From positions 7,699-71,698 of the forward strand of contig CACEAZ010000001.1 of assembly GCA_902557655.1 (NCBI GenBank): a stretch of DNA of 64,000 bases, in the 5' to 3' direction. Below the pieces are notes generated by a model. That model searched no databases. It was not told the origin of the DNA and saw only the letters and a list, made by a program, of their open reading frames with translations. Positions 27,632 to 38,462 of this stretch are shown here, piece after piece. Numbering within the stretch: position 1 is the first letter of the stretch; the number at the start of each line of letters is the position of its first letter. The DNA comes from an uncultured Bacteroidota bacterium (GTDB lineage Bacteria; Bacteroidota; Bacteroidia; Flavobacteriales; Flavobacteriaceae). A program made the position numbers and the translations under genes.

Positions 27632-28456
27632 TTAAACGGCAACTTTTCCTTTGATATGAGGGTGAGGATCGTAATTTTCTAAAGTGAAGTCTTCGAATTT
27701 AAAATCAAAAATATTATTAACCTCACTGTTTATTTTAATAGTTGGTAAATTCCTTGGTTCTCTGGCTAGTTGTAATTTCATCTGTTCAAAATGATTACTA
27801 TAAATATGAGCATCTCCAAAGGTGTGAATGAAATCACCAGCTTCTAAATTACATACTTGAGCAATCATTAAAGTCAACAAAGAATATGATGCAATATTAA
27901 AAGGGACACCAAGAAAAATATCAGCACTTCTTTGATATAATTGACATGAAAGCTTTCCGTTAATAACATGAAATTGAAAAAATGCATGACAAGGCGGTAA
28001 TGCTGCTTTTCCGTTGGCAACATTTGTTTCAAAAGACTTAGAGGTATCAGGTAAAACAGACGGATTCCAAGCAGAAATTAAATGCCTTCTACTACTTGGA
28101 TTATTTTTCAAATCATTAATCAAGTTTGATATTTGGTCTATTCCATCGTTATTCCAATTTCTCCATTGAAATCCATAAACTGGACCTAGGTCGCCATTTG
28201 AATCAGCCCATGCATTCCAAATATTTACTCCGTTATCTTTTAAATATTTTATGTTTGTATCCCCTTCTAGGAACCATAAAAGCTCATAAATTATAGATTT
28301 TAAATGGAGTTTTTTGGTTGTTACCATTGGAAACCCTTCACTTAGATCAAATCTCATTTGATATCCAAAAACACTTTTGGTACCTGTTCCTGTACGATCA
28401 GCTTTAAGTTCTCCTTTTTCAAGCACATGTTTAACTAAGTCTAAATATTGTTTCAT
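27632..28456 (-). CDS. thyA: Thymidylate synthase (ThyA type)
   Basis: [36 protein letters not shown] (catalytic Cys) and [12 protein letters not shown]. Confidence 0.95.
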   Translation of the reverse strand: MKQYLDLVKHVLEKGELKADRTGTGTKSVFGYQMRFDLSEGFPMVTTKKLHLKSIIYELLWFLEGDTNIKYLKDNGVNIWNAWADSNGDLGPVYGFQWRNWNNDGIDQISNLINDLKNNPSSRRHLISAWNPSVLPDTSKSFETNVANGKAALPPCHAFFQFHVINGKLSCQLYQRSADIFLGVPFNIASYSLLTLMIAQVCNLEAGDFIHTFGDAHIYSNHFEQMKLQLAREPRNLPTIKINSEVNNIFDFKFEDFTLENYDPHPHIKGKVAV

Positions 28457-28526
28457 AAGATCAGTTGGTAAAAATAAATAATAGTCCTAATTTAAGTTAA
28501 TAAGCAAATTAAAAGTTATTAACTTT

Positions 28527-29930
28527 TTAGCCGATAATCATTCCTGCAATTGTAGCAGATAGAAGAGAAGCTAGTGTACCACCAATCAATGCTTTGAACC
28601 CAAGCTTAGATAAGTTTGTTCGTTGTTTTGGTTCAAGAGCACCGATACCACCAATTTGAATTCCTATGGAAGCAAAATTTGCAAAACCACATAACATATA
28701 GGTAGCTATAATTATCGATTTTTGGTAATTCAAGTGAATCAGGTTAGATGCATCTTTTAAACTGGATAACTGAATGTATCCTATAAACTCACTGGCCGCA
28801 AGTTTAATTCCCAATAGTTGCCCCATTAATGTAATATCTTCTTTAGCTACTCCGATTAACCACATGATTGGGGAAAATAAATATCCTAAAATTAGTTCAA
28901 GAGATAATTCATTATAAACAGTATTATCTTTTATGAAATCATTTATATTTAAAACACTTCCTGCGCCACTAAGCAGATAGTTTATTAAAGCTATAAATGC
29001 TATAAATACTAAAAGCATTGCTGCAATATTAGCAGCTAATTTTAATCCTTCAGAAGTACCAATTGATATTGCATCTAAAAAATTAGTACCGATTTTTTTT
29101 TGTGAAATTTTCACATCAGAATTGATTTTTTCGGTTTCTGGGTAAAGAATTTTCGATATTACAATTGCACCAGGTGCAGCCATAACTGACGCTGTTAACA
29201 GATGTTTGGCATAGAAAACTTTTAATTCTGGATCATCTCCACCAAGAAAACCTATATAAGCAGCAAGAACCCCGCCTGCTACGGTTGCCATTCCTCCAAC
29301 CATTACCAAAAGTATTTCAGATTTTGACATTTTTTCTAAGTAGGCCTTAATCATTAAAGGCGATTCTGTTTGACCAAGAAATATATTTCCAGCAACACTC
29401 AGACTTTCAGGGCCAGATACGCCTAAGATTTTAGAAAGTAATAGAGCCATTACCCTTACTATTTTTTGAATTATGCCTAGGTAAAATAATATTGAGGTTA
29501 ATGCTGCAAAAAATATAACTGTTGGAAGAATCGAGAAAATAAAAACATTTCCAAAATTATCTGGGCTTACCAAATCGCCAAATAAAAATTTTGTTCCCTC
29601 CATTGTGAAATCCAGAATCTTAACAAATATTTTACCAGCATTTTCAAAAACAGTTTTTATCCAGGATACTTTTAAAACCCCAATTGCCAAGACAAGTTGA
29701 AGGATGAGTCCAAATCCTGCAGTTTTCCAATTAATTGCTTTTTTATTATTGCTAAGTAGATACGTAGTAAAAATTAAAAAAATTATTCCTAAAACCCCTC
29801 TCAAAAAACTTTCTGTACCAAAACCTTGGCTGGGAATAATTTCTTGATTTTGTGAAAAAGTAAGGTTACTAATTAGAGTAAAAACTATAAAAAATAGTAG
29901 TGTTTTTTTGTTATCTGTTAGAAATTTCAT
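28527..29930 (-). CDS. nupC: NupC/CNT-family concentrative nucleoside transporter
   Basis: Polytopic membrane protein with GNIFLGQTESPLMIKAY, GGMATVAGGVLAAY and CGFANFASIGIQIGG motifs. Confidence 0.85.
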   Translation of the reverse strand: MKFLTDNKKTLLFFIVFTLISNLTFSQNQEIIPSQGFGTESFLRGVLGIIFLIFTTYLLSNNKKAINWKTAGFGLILQLVLAIGVLKVSWIKTVFENAGKIFVKILDFTMEGTKFLFGDLVSPDNFGNVFIFSILPTVIFFAALTSILFYLGIIQKIVRVMALLLSKILGVSGPESLSVAGNIFLGQTESPLMIKAYLEKMSKSEILLVMVGGMATVAGGVLAAYIGFLGGDDPELKVFYAKHLLTASVMAAPGAIVISKILYPETEKINSDVKISQKKIGTNFLDAISIGTSEGLKLAANIAAMLLVFIAFIALINYLLSGAGSVLNINDFIKDNTVYNELSLELILGYLFSPIMWLIGVAKEDITLMGQLLGIKLAASEFIGYIQLSSLKDASNLIHLNYQKSIIIATYMLCGFANFASIGIQIGGIGALEPKQRTNLSKLGFKALIGGTLASLLSATIAGMIIG

Positions 29931-30507
29931 CTCTTATTTTTGCTGCGGATTCATAATTTTCATTTTGAATTGCAATTTTTAACAATTCTTCTAATTCCTT
30001 AGTTGATTTATCTTGAAGATCTGGACTTTCAATATATGTATCATCTTCAGAAAACAATTCCTTAAGTAAAGATTTCTCATCAAAATCTTTTTCGACTTGT
30101 ATTACAACTCCCGCTTTTTCTAGTATCGTTTCATAAGTGTAAATAGGGGCTTCAAATCGAATAGCTAGTGCTATGGCATCACTGGATCTGGAGTCAATTA
30201 TCTCTTCAATTCCATCCCTTTCACAAATAACACTTGAATAAAAAATACCATCAACTAATTTGTGAATGATTACTTTTTTAATTTTAATATCAAATCTTTC
30301 ACAAAAGTTTTTAAATAAATCATGAGTTAAGGGCCTTGGTGGTTTAATTTCTTTTTCGATTGCTATTGCTATAGATTGTGCTTCATTAGTGCCAATGACA
30401 ATCGGAAGTTTTCTCTCCCCTTCAATTTCACTAAGAATTAATGCGTAGGCACCGTTTTGTGTTTGACTATAAGAAATTCCGTTTATTAGTAACTCAATAA
30501 GGTTCAT
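29911..30507 (-). CDS. Bifunctional nuclease (BFN/DUF151) family protein with a C-terminal UVR motif
   Basis: LPIVIGTNEAQSIAIAIE, PRPLTHDL and a C-terminal ELEELLKIAIQNENYESAAKIRDEI (UVR-like). Its 3' end overlaps the nupC start by 20 nt. Confidence 0.75.
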   Translation of the reverse strand: MNLIELLINGISYSQTQNGAYALILSEIEGERKLPIVIGTNEAQSIAIAIEKEIKPPRPLTHDLFKNFCERFDIKIKKVIIHKLVDGIFYSSVICERDGIEEIIDSRSSDAIALAIRFEAPIYTYETILEKAGVVIQVEKDFDEKSLLKELFSEDDTYIESPDLQDKSTKELEELLKIAIQNENYESAAKIRDEISNR

Positions 30508-30551
30508 AATGTAAATCTAATCTTAAGTTTTTATTTATAAAAAAATTGGGC

Positions 30552-31514
30552 CTAATTATTTGTTGACTTAAAATCTTTTAGTTTCTGTATTAATTTTGGC
30601 ACCACATCAAAAGCATCTCCTACAATTCCATAGTCAGCCGCTTTGAAAAAAGGAGCATCAGGATCGGTATTAATTACTACTTTGGTTTTTGAAGAATTAA
30701 CCCCAGCCAAATGTTGTATGGCCCCAGAAATTCCAATGGCAATATAAAGATTTGAAGAAACAGGCTTACCGGTTTGACCAACATGTTCGCTGTGCGGCCT
30801 CCATCCTAAATCTGAAACTGGTTTAGAACATGCAGTTGCAGCACCTAATACTTCTGCTAAATCTTCGATTAAATTCCAATTTTCTGGACCTTTTAACCCC
30901 CTGCCACCAGAAACAACAATATCAGCATCTGCAATGGTAACTTTATTGGACATTTTTTCAATAGAGGTTACCTTGTTTGCAGCTGAATCAATATCAAATT
31001 TTTTATCCTCGATATCTGATCTGACATTGTTTTCCTTTAATCCAAATGAATTTTTAGAAAGCCCTATAATTGAGTTTTCCGTTAATATATTTACGTTTTC
31101 AAATGCTTTATTTGTAAATGTATTTCTCTTTAAGCAAAGGCCATTTGAAAAAGATGGCTTTGAAATTACATTTGTTGCATAACCAGCATTCAATTTAATT
31201 GCTAAAACCCCACCTAGATATTTAGAATTTGAGCTTGAGCTCAGAATTAAAATATTTGAATTTTCCGAAGCGAAGGTTTCAGAAATACAATCAGAGTATA
31301 TTGTTACATCAAAATCTTTTAGTTCCTCGTTTGAACAATTTATTATTTTGTTTACACCATAATTGGATAGGCTCTCGGGGTTTACGGCATTGAAACAAAT
31401 AGCCGTCACGGATGAGCCTTTTTCTGATGCTATTTCATATGCATATGATGCTAATTCGTATGAATCTTTTTTAAATTCCCCTTTGTATGTTTCTGCAAAT
31501 ATTAATATTCCCAT
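30552..31514 (-). CDS. etfA: Electron transfer flavoprotein alpha subunit
   Basis: The C-terminal FAD-binding block VVSGGRG, GQTGK.V.. .LYIAIGISGAIQHLAG and INTDPDAPFF. Confidence 0.9.
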   Translation of the reverse strand: MGILIFAETYKGEFKKDSYELASYAYEIASEKGSSVTAICFNAVNPESLSNYGVNKIINCSNEELKDFDVTIYSDCISETFASENSNILILSSSSNSKYLGGVLAIKLNAGYATNVISKPSFSNGLCLKRNTFTNKAFENVNILTENSIIGLSKNSFGLKENNVRSDIEDKKFDIDSAANKVTSIEKMSNKVTIADADIVVSGGRGLKGPENWNLIEDLAEVLGAATACSKPVSDLGWRPHSEHVGQTGKPVSSNLYIAIGISGAIQHLAGVNSSKTKVVINTDPDAPFFKAADYGIVGDAFDVVPKLIQKLKDFKSTNN

Positions 31515-32261
31515 TTAAATTGCTTTTGCTTCGTTATTTAATAATTCTATAAGTTTTTCAACTTCATCAGGTGATACCAATGTCACCTCTCCTTTTGGTT
31601 CCGGTTTTTCAAAATTATCTGTTTCTAGAGTATCGGAATAATCGCCTGGATCCAAAACTAATAGCTCTTTTTTTCTAGCCATCATGATCCCTCTCATATT
31701 AGGAATTTTTAAATCATTTTCTTCAACCAGCCCCTTCTGACCTCCAATTATTAAAGGCAATGAAGTAGAAATATTCTCCATACCCCCGTCAATTTCTCTA
31801 GAGGCTAACACCGAATTTTCAGAAATATTTAAATCAATGCATTTATCAATAAAATTAATTTTTGTTAATGCTGAAATCATTCCCGGAACCATACCGCCAT
31901 TATAGTCAATAGATTCTCTTCCTGCGATTATTAAATCATAATTATTATCTGAAATATAATCTGAAATAGATTTTGCAACAACTGAACTATCTGTTGGCTC
32001 GATATTTATTCTTATGGCCTTGTCTGCACCTATCGCTAGGGCTTTTCTTAATGTGGGTTCGGTCTCTTGTAATCCAACATTTATCACATCGACACTCGCA
32101 TTATTTTTTTCTTTGAACCAAATAGCTCTTGTTAATCCAAATTCATCATTAGGGTTAATGATAAATTGAACACCATTTTTATCAAACTTTGAATTATTTT
32201 CGGTAAAATTAATTTTTGATGTAGTATCAGGAACATGACTTATACAAACCAATATTTTCAT
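31515..32261 (-). CDS. etfB: Electron transfer flavoprotein beta subunit
   Basis: MKILVCISHVPDTTSKI, NPNDEFGLT and DLIIAGRESIDYNGG. It abuts etfA with no spacer. Confidence 0.9.
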   Translation of the reverse strand: MKILVCISHVPDTTSKINFTENNSKFDKNGVQFIINPNDEFGLTRAIWFKEKNNASVDVINVGLQETEPTLRKALAIGADKAIRINIEPTDSSVVAKSISDYISDNNYDLIIAGRESIDYNGGMVPGMISALTKINFIDKCIDLNISENSVLASREIDGGMENISTSLPLIIGGQKGLVEENDLKIPNMRGIMMARKKELLVLDPGDYSDTLETDNFEKPEPKGEVTLVSPDEVEKLIELLNNEAKAI

Positions 32262-32288
32262 AAAAATTTTGCGTTAAAGTTCTTTAAA

Positions 32289-32296
32289 CAAAGTTA
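32289..32296 (-). promoter_or_regulatory. Candidate -7 box (TAACTTTG on the minus strand) for the etfBA cluster
   Basis: Exact TAnnTTTG 28 nt upstream of the etfB ATG. Confidence 0.4.
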
Positions 32297-32370
32297 CGAA
32301 TTTGACAAATAAAAAAACTTTACAATGAAAATATTTTTAAGTTATTAATGATTAATTTTATGTGCTTTAT

Positions 32371-32378
32371 TATTTTTG
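32371..32378 (+). promoter_or_regulatory. Candidate -7 box (TATTTTTG) for pdhB
   Basis: Exact TAnnTTTG 16 nt upstream of ATG 32394, implying a very short 5' UTR. Confidence 0.4.
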
Positions 32379-32393
32379 TGAAAAATTTATTTT

Positions 32394-33371
32394 ATGAGGA
32401 CTATTCAATTTAGAGAAGCTGTTTGTGAAGCGATGAGCGAAGAGATGAGAAATGACGAAAGTATATTTCTAATGGGAGAAGAAGTTGCTGAATACAACGG
32501 TGCATATAAAGCATCCAAAGGAATGCTTGATGAATTCGGTCCTAAAAGAGTAATTGATACCCCAATTTCAGAACTTGGTTTTGCAGGAGTTGCTATTGGT
32601 TCAACTATGACCGGAAATAGGCCAATTGTTGAATATATGACTTTTAATTTCTCCCTCGTTGGTATTGATCAGATAATCAATAACGCTGCAAAGATTAGAC
32701 AGATGTCTGGTGGACAATTTCACTGTCCTATTGTATTTAGAGGGCCCACTGCTTCAGCAGGTCAATTGGCTGCAACACATTCTCAAGCTTTTGAAAATTG
32801 GTTTGCGAATACCCCTGGTCTTAAGGTAATTGTTCCGTCAAATCCTTATGATGCGAAGGGCTTATTAAAATCAGCAATACGAGATGATGATCCTGTAATT
32901 TTTATGGAAAGCGAACAAATGTATGGGGACAAAGGGGAAGTTCCAGAAGGTGAATACACTATACCTATTGGTGTCGCTGATATTAAAAGAGAAGGAAGTG
33001 ACGTAACCATAGTTTCTTTTGGAAAAATAATCAAGGAAGCATATAAAGCAGCAGATGAATTGGCAAAGGAAAATATTTCATGCGAAATTATTGACTTAAG
33101 GACGGTTAGACCTTTAGATACCGAGACAATTTTAAAATCTGTTAAAAAGACAAACAGACTTGTTATATTAGAAGAAGCTTGGCCTTTTGGAAATGTTGCT
33201 ACAGAAATCACATTTCAGGTTCAATCCAAAGCATTTGATTATTTAGATGCACCAATTGAAAAAATTAATACAGCTGATACGCCAGCACCATATTCACCAG
33301 TTTTACTAAAAGAATGGTTGCCTAACAGTGAAGATGTTATCAACTCTGTAAAAAAGGTACTTTACAAATAA
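32394..33371 (+). CDS. pdhB: Pyruvate/2-oxoacid dehydrogenase E1 component beta subunit
   Basis: REA..EAM.EEM..D..IFLMGEEVA.YNGAYK, VIDTPISE.GFAG.AIG and DPVIFME. No E1-alpha gene is adjacent. Confidence 0.85.
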   Translation: MRTIQFREAVCEAMSEEMRNDESIFLMGEEVAEYNGAYKASKGMLDEFGPKRVIDTPISELGFAGVAIGSTMTGNRPIVEYMTFNFSLVGIDQIINNAAKIRQMSGGQFHCPIVFRGPTASAGQLAATHSQAFENWFANTPGLKVIVPSNPYDAKGLLKSAIRDDDPVIFMESEQMYGDKGEVPEGEYTIPIGVADIKREGSDVTIVSFGKIIKEAYKAADELAKENISCEIIDLRTVRPLDTETILKSVKKTNRLVILEEAWPFGNVATEITFQVQSKAFDYLDAPIEKINTADTPAPYSPVLLKEWLPNSEDVINSVKKVLYK

Positions 33372-33404
33372 TCAAAGAGTTTTTCGTAATTAACTCTATT
33401 TCAC

Positions 33405-33412
33405 TATTTTTG
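33405..33412 (+). promoter_or_regulatory. Candidate -7 box (TATTTTTG) for hppA
   Basis: Exact TAnnTTTG 24 nt upstream of ATG 33436. Confidence 0.4.
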
Positions 33413-33435
33413 CCAACTAAATTAAAAAATTAACT

Positions 33436-36063
33436 ATGGATTCAATGATGATATACATGCCAATAATAATGTCAGTTTTAGGCCTTGCTTATGTTTTTGT
33501 AAGAAGGTCTTGGGTAATGAAACAAGATGCCGGAGATGGAAAAATGAAAGAAATTTCTGATCATATTTATGAAGGAGCTTTAGCTTTTTTAAATGCTGAA
33601 TATCGTTTATTATCGGTTTTTGTACTTATTGTAAGTGCAGTTTTAGCAGGAATCTCATTTATAGTCCCTACAACTCACATTCTAATTGTTGTATCATTTA
33701 TTTTTGGAGCATTTTTCTCTGCCTATGCTGGAAATATAGGAATGAAAATAGCTACAAAAACAAATGTAAGAACTACTCAAGCTGCTAAAACATCACTACC
33801 AAATGCATTAAAAATTTCCTTTGCAGGTGGAACAGTTATGGGCTTAGGTGTTGCAGGTTTAGCAGTTTTAGGTTTAACAGCCTTTTTTATAATATTTTTC
33901 AACCACTTTATGGGTGGTGTGTGGTCCGCTACAGATTACGGATCTGCCAGTGATACCATGACAATTGTTTTAGAAACATTAGCTGGATTTTCATTAGGTG
34001 CTGAATCTATTGCATTGTTTGCCAGAGTAGGTGGTGGAATTTATACAAAAGCTGCTGATGTAGGAGCTGACTTGGTAGGAAAAGTTGAAGCTGGAATTCC
34101 TGAAGATGATCCTAGAAATCCTGCTACAATTGCAGATAATGTGGGAGATAATGTAGGGGATGTTGCAGGTATGGGAGCTGATTTGTTTGGTTCATACGTA
34201 GCAACTGTATTGGCTGCAATGGTTCTTGGAAATTATGTAATAGTAGATATGGGCGGTTCAATCGAAGATGCTTTTGGAGGAATCGGACCAATTTTATTGC
34301 CTATGGCTATTGCAGGTGTTGGTATCATCATTTCATTAATCGGTACATTGTTTGTAAAAATTAATTCCAATGATGCAAAAGAAGCTGAGGTTATGGGAGC
34401 CTTAAACAAAGGAAACGGTATCTCAATAATCTTAGTTGCAATATCTTGTTTTTTTCTTGTAGATTATATGCTTCCAGGTACTTTGAATATGGAATTTTTT
34501 GGTGAAGGATTAAAAGAAATTCCTTCTATGAATGTATTCTATGCTACCTTAACAGGTTTAATTGTTGGATGGTTTATTTCAGCAATCACCGAATATTATA
34601 CGGGATTGGGTAAAAAACCTGTTCTTGAAATTGTTCAGAAATCTAGTACTGGGGCAGCGACCAATATTATTGCTGGTTTGGCAACGGGTATGATTTCTAC
34701 TTTTGGTTCTGTTATCCTATTTGCTGCTGCAATTTGGGCTGCATATGCATTTGCTGGATTTTATGGTGTTGCATTATCTGCATCTGCTATGATGGCAACA
34801 ACTGGAATGCAGCTAGCTATTGATGCATTTGGGCCAATTTCTGATAATGCTGGAGGTGTTGCTGAAATGAGTGGTCAAGACCCAATTGTTAGAGAAAGAA
34901 CAGACATATTGGATTCAGTTGGTAATACTACTGCTGCTACTGGAAAAGGTTTTGCAATTGCTTCAGCTGCATTGACTTCACTTGCATTATTTGCAGCTTA
35001 TGTAACATTTACTGGAATTGAGGGAATTAATATTTTCAAAGCTCCAGTTTTAGCAATGTTATTTGTAGGAGGGATGGTACCTGTGGTATTTTCAGCTCTA
35101 GCTATGAATGCTGTTGGAAAGGCTGCCATGGAAATGGTATATGAAGTAAGAAGACAGTTTAAAGAAATCCCTGGAATTATGAAAGGGAAAGCAAAGCCCG
35201 AATATGATAAATGTGTTGATATTTCAACAAAGGCATCTCTAAGAGAAATGATGCTTCCAGGAATTTTAACGATTGGAACACCGATCATAATTACTGTGCT
35301 TCCAATGCTTTTTGGATTAGACAATCAATTAATTGCAGAGATGTTAGGAGGATACATGGCTGGTGTTACTGTTAGTGGTGTTTTATGGGCAATTTTCCAA
35401 AATAATGCTGGTGGTGCTTGGGATAATGCAAAAAAATCTTTTGAAGCAGGTGTTGAAATTAATGGAGAAATGACATTTAAAGGATCTGATGCTCACAAAG
35501 CATCTGTTACCGGAGATACTGTTGGTGATCCTTTTAAGGACACCTCTGGTCCGTCAATGAATATTCTTATCAAATTAACTTGCCTTATTGGTTTAGTTAT
35601 CGCCCCAATATTAGGTGGGCATGGAACACATCATACTGATGAGGCTGCAACAAACTATATTTATGATGCAACGTACTTAGACTCTTTTGAAATAGGCAAT
35701 GATGCAAAAGTATTACTTGTTCAAGGAATGGTTAGAGATTTAATTGCCAAAGACTACGCTAAGGTTGCTGAATATTTATCAGATGATGTTGTTTTTAATC
35801 TTTCTGACGGTTCTTCAGTTGAAGGTAAAGAAGAAGCAATGAAATTTATTTCAGACACTTATTCAGGAGTTGATATTAAAGATTATAATGTAGCAGTAAA
35901 TTTTGCTGTTACCGGAGATAATGGAGATGAGTGGGTACTTTTATGGGACAATGGAAAAGTTGTTGCCGATGGAAATGTCACTAGTTTAAACTGGATGGAA
36001 TCATTCAGATTTGACGGTGATAAGATTGCTTTTATTAACCAATTTTCTAAATCAAGAAATTAA
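33436..36063 (+). CDS. hppA: Membrane-bound ion-translocating pyrophosphatase (K+-dependent type) with an extra C-terminal NTF2/SnoaL-like domain of about 145 aa
   Basis: [51 protein letters not shown] (the Ala at the K+-dependence position) and [21 protein letters not shown]. After the last TM helix (about aa 728) the frame continues with a soluble domain showing an NTF2-like pattern. Confidence 0.9.
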   Translation: MDSMMIYMPIIMSVLGLAYVFVRRSWVMKQDAGDGKMKEISDHIYEGALAFLNAEYRLLSVFVLIVSAVLAGISFIVPTTHILIVVSFIFGAFFSAYAGNIGMKIATKTNVRTTQAAKTSLPNALKISFAGGTVMGLGVAGLAVLGLTAFFIIFFNHFMGGVWSATDYGSASDTMTIVLETLAGFSLGAESIALFARVGGGIYTKAADVGADLVGKVEAGIPEDDPRNPATIADNVGDNVGDVAGMGADLFGSYVATVLAAMVLGNYVIVDMGGSIEDAFGGIGPILLPMAIAGVGIIISLIGTLFVKINSNDAKEAEVMGALNKGNGISIILVAISCFFLVDYMLPGTLNMEFFGEGLKEIPSMNVFYATLTGLIVGWFISAITEYYTGLGKKPVLEIVQKSSTGAATNIIAGLATGMISTFGSVILFAAAIWAAYAFAGFYGVALSASAMMATTGMQLAIDAFGPISDNAGGVAEMSGQDPIVRERTDILDSVGNTTAATGKGFAIASAALTSLALFAAYVTFTGIEGINIFKAPVLAMLFVGGMVPVVFSALAMNAVGKAAMEMVYEVRRQFKEIPGIMKGKAKPEYDKCVDISTKASLREMMLPGILTIGTPIIITVLPMLFGLDNQLIAEMLGGYMAGVTVSGVLWAIFQNNAGGAWDNAKKSFEAGVEINGEMTFKGSDAHKASVTGDTVGDPFKDTSGPSMNILIKLTCLIGLVIAPILGGHGTHHTDEAATNYIYDATYLDSFEIGNDAKVLLVQGMVRDLIAKDYAKVAEYLSDDVVFNLSDGSSVEGKEEAMKFISDTYSGVDIKDYNVAVNFAVTGDNGDEWVLLWDNGKVVADGNVTSLNWMESFRFDGDKIAFINQFSKSRN

Positions 36064-36067
36064 AAAT

Positions 36068-36096
36068 AAAAAAGGCCTCAATTGAGGCCTTTTTTT
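36068..36096. terminator. Bidirectional intrinsic terminator between hppA and the convergent dNK gene
   Basis: A-run, GGCCTC-AATT-GAGGCC, T-run. The T run contains the complement of the dNK stop codon. Confidence 0.75.
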
Positions 36097-36700
36097 ATTT
36101 TATCTTTTTATCAATTAAAGATATTATTTTTTTAAAATCATCTTTGTTTTCAACAAAGTCTAGATCATCAATATCGATAATAAGAAGTTCCCCCTTTTTG
36201 TACTTGTGAATCCATGCTTCATACCTTTCATTTAGTCTGCTCAAGTAGTCAATACTAATCGAATTTTCGTATTCTCTTCCTCTTTTATGAATTTGAGAAA
36301 CGAGATTAGGAATTGAGCTTCTTAGATAAATTAACAAATCTGGTGCAGAAACATTTTCCTCCATTAAATCAAAAAGAGATTTATAATTTTCAAAATCCCG
36401 ATTAGTCATTAATCCCATAGCGTGAAGATTGGGTGCAAAAATATTAGCATCTTCATATATCGTTCTGTCTTGGATTACATTTTTATTTTTTGCGTGAATT
36501 TCCTTTACCTGTCTAAAACGACTATTCAAAAAATAGACTTGAAGATTAAAACTCCATCTCTCCATCTGATTATAAAAATCGTCTAGGTAAGGGTTTTTTA
36601 CAACGTCCTCAAGTTCTTTATTGAATTTGTAATGCTTGGCAAGATATTTCGTTAATGTCGTTTTACCTGCGCCTATATTCCCAGCTATAGCTATATGCAT
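36095..36700 (-). CDS. Deoxynucleoside kinase (stand-alone paralogue)
   Basis: IAIAGNIGAGKTT P-loop, NPYLDDFY, a canonical DRT (DRS/ERS-type) motif in VIQDRTIYED, and the lid HKRGREYE. Confidence 0.85.
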   Translation of the reverse strand: MHIAIAGNIGAGKTTLTKYLAKHYKFNKELEDVVKNPYLDDFYNQMERWSFNLQVYFLNSRFRQVKEIHAKNKNVIQDRTIYEDANIFAPNLHAMGLMTNRDFENYKSLFDLMEENVSAPDLLIYLRSSIPNLVSQIHKRGREYENSISIDYLSRLNERYEAWIHKYKKGELLIIDIDDLDFVENKDDFKKIISLIDKKIK

Positions 36701-36701
36701 G

Positions 36702-37493
36702 TTAATTTGTTAAAATTAAATATTTATTTAAAAAATCCTCATTATAAATATACAAGGTTTCATTGATTACGAAAAAATCTTTTATAAATAATTTTTCTGA
36801 ATTTATTTTTTGAAATGTAAAATCTCTAATATTAAATAAAAAAATATTATTTGATCCGGTAAGCAATAAATTTTTTTTTAAAAAATTAACCTTATTAAAT
36901 CCTAAATTTTTTGATTCGCTAATAATAGTCCCATTGTAATTTATCATATAGAAATTATTTTTCGTCAAAACCCATAAGAAATTATAATTACTTTTCATAT
37001 CAATAATATTTTCCTTGAGAAGCACTTCAACTCCCTTTACAAAACTATTTTCTATATAATCAAATTTTTTAATTTTCATTGATAGTTGATCAAAGACCCA
37101 CATTGTGTTTTCATTAGAGGAGGAAACATGAGAGATTTCATTTAGATCATTTAAATTATTGAAATTTACCCTAACTATTTCGTTTAAAAAGTTGTCTAAT
37201 ACAACCATGGTGTTATAGTCCTTGTACCATACCTTTAATTTTAAAGGGTTAAATAAATCAACAATGGAGATATCACCCAAGGAGAAGTCAGAAAAAAATA
37301 ATTTTTTGTTTTTCGAAAGCTCGGATCCTGACAAATAATATATATTATTCATCATGTCTACATGTATTTTTTTTTCTGTATAAATAATTTTTTCTGAACT
37401 TATCTTATCTAGTAATAGGCTGTTTTGAGAAAAAATTAAGTTTGTAAAAACAAAAAGGAATAAAAATTGCACCCTCATAAGATCAATGTACAA
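36702..37493 (-). CDS. Hypothetical secreted protein (the real start is possibly ATG 37478: MRVQFLFLFVFTNLIFSQ)
   Basis: Signal peptide and Asn/Lys-rich sequence with no motif I recognise. Its stop is 1 nt from the dNK start, so the two are probably co-transcribed. Confidence 0.5.
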   Translation of the reverse strand: MYIDLMRVQFLFLFVFTNLIFSQNSLLLDKISSEKIIYTEKKIHVDMMNNIYYLSGSELSKNKKLFFSDFSLGDISIVDLFNPLKLKVWYKDYNTMVVLDNFLNEIVRVNFNNLNDLNEISHVSSSNENTMWVFDQLSMKIKKFDYIENSFVKGVEVLLKENIIDMKSNYNFLWVLTKNNFYMINYNGTIISESKNLGFNKVNFLKKNLLLTGSNNIFLFNIRDFTFQKINSEKLFIKDFFVINETLYIYNEDFLNKYLILTN

Positions 37494-37568
37494 AAATATT
37501 ATGATTAATTTAACTAGAAATTAACAGCTGTAAAACAGCCTTTTAAATAATTTTAAAAAAAGTTTTCC

Positions 37569-38459
37569 ATGAAAAATATTATTACACTACTGCTAATCTG
37601 TTTATTAAGTATTTCTTTTATTGCACAAGATTTTCAAGGTCAAGCTTTTTATAAAACACAGACTGCTATGGATTTAGGATCATGGGGGGATCGTATGTCT
37701 GCTGAACAAAAGAAAGCGATGAAAGAAAGGATGAAGCCTTATTTAGAACCTGTTTACATATTAACCTTTGATAAGACCAAATCCATTTATAAACAAGAAG
37801 AAAGATTAGATGCACCAGGTAGTGGTGGCGGAAGAGGATGGGGAAGAATGATGGCAGCAACTGGTGGACCTGTTTACAAGGATGTGGCTTCAAAAAAATC
37901 TCTTCAAAGTACCGAGTTTATGGGAAAAAAGTTCTTGATATCTAATGATCAAGATAATATCAAATGGGTCATGCAAAATGAACAAAAAATGATCGGAAAC
38001 TACTTATGTTTTAAGGCAACAGCTCAGGTTAAAAAACCAAAAACAATGACTAGTGTATGGAGGAATGCAGAAAAGAACACAAAAGAAGCTAAAGATGATA
38101 GTGCTAAAAAGGAAAATTCAGATAACCAAATGAACAAGAAAGTAGAAAAGCTAGACGAAGTTGTTGTTACTGCAGAAGTTGAAACCATTACGGCTTGGTA
38201 TACCCCTCAAATACCGGTAAGTCATGGTCCAGCTGAGTATGGTGGTCTTCCAGGGCTAATTTTAGAATTAACAAATGATAGAACCGTGATGCTATGCACT
38301 AAAGTCGTTATGAATCCTGAAAAAAGAATTGAAATATCTGAACCCACTAAGGGTGAATTTGTTACTAAGGGTGAATTTGAAAATATTGTTGAGGTAAAAG
38401 TCAAAGAAATGAGAGATATGTGGAGAGGACAACGTGGTAAATCATCCAGAAGAAACTAA
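37569..38459 (+). CDS. GLPGLI-family protein (TIGR01200-like), secreted
   Basis: Signal peptide, the eponymous motif GGLPGLILEL, and an internal Lys/Glu-rich low-complexity insert. Confidence 0.7.
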   Translation: MKNIITLLLICLLSISFIAQDFQGQAFYKTQTAMDLGSWGDRMSAEQKKAMKERMKPYLEPVYILTFDKTKSIYKQEERLDAPGSGGGRGWGRMMAATGGPVYKDVASKKSLQSTEFMGKKFLISNDQDNIKWVMQNEQKMIGNYLCFKATAQVKKPKTMTSVWRNAEKNTKEAKDDSAKKENSDNQMNKKVEKLDEVVVTAEVETITAWYTPQIPVSHGPAEYGGLPGLILELTNDRTVMLCTKVVMNPEKRIEISEPTKGEFVTKGEFENIVEVKVKEMRDMWRGQRGKSSRRN

Positions 38460-38462
38460 TAT

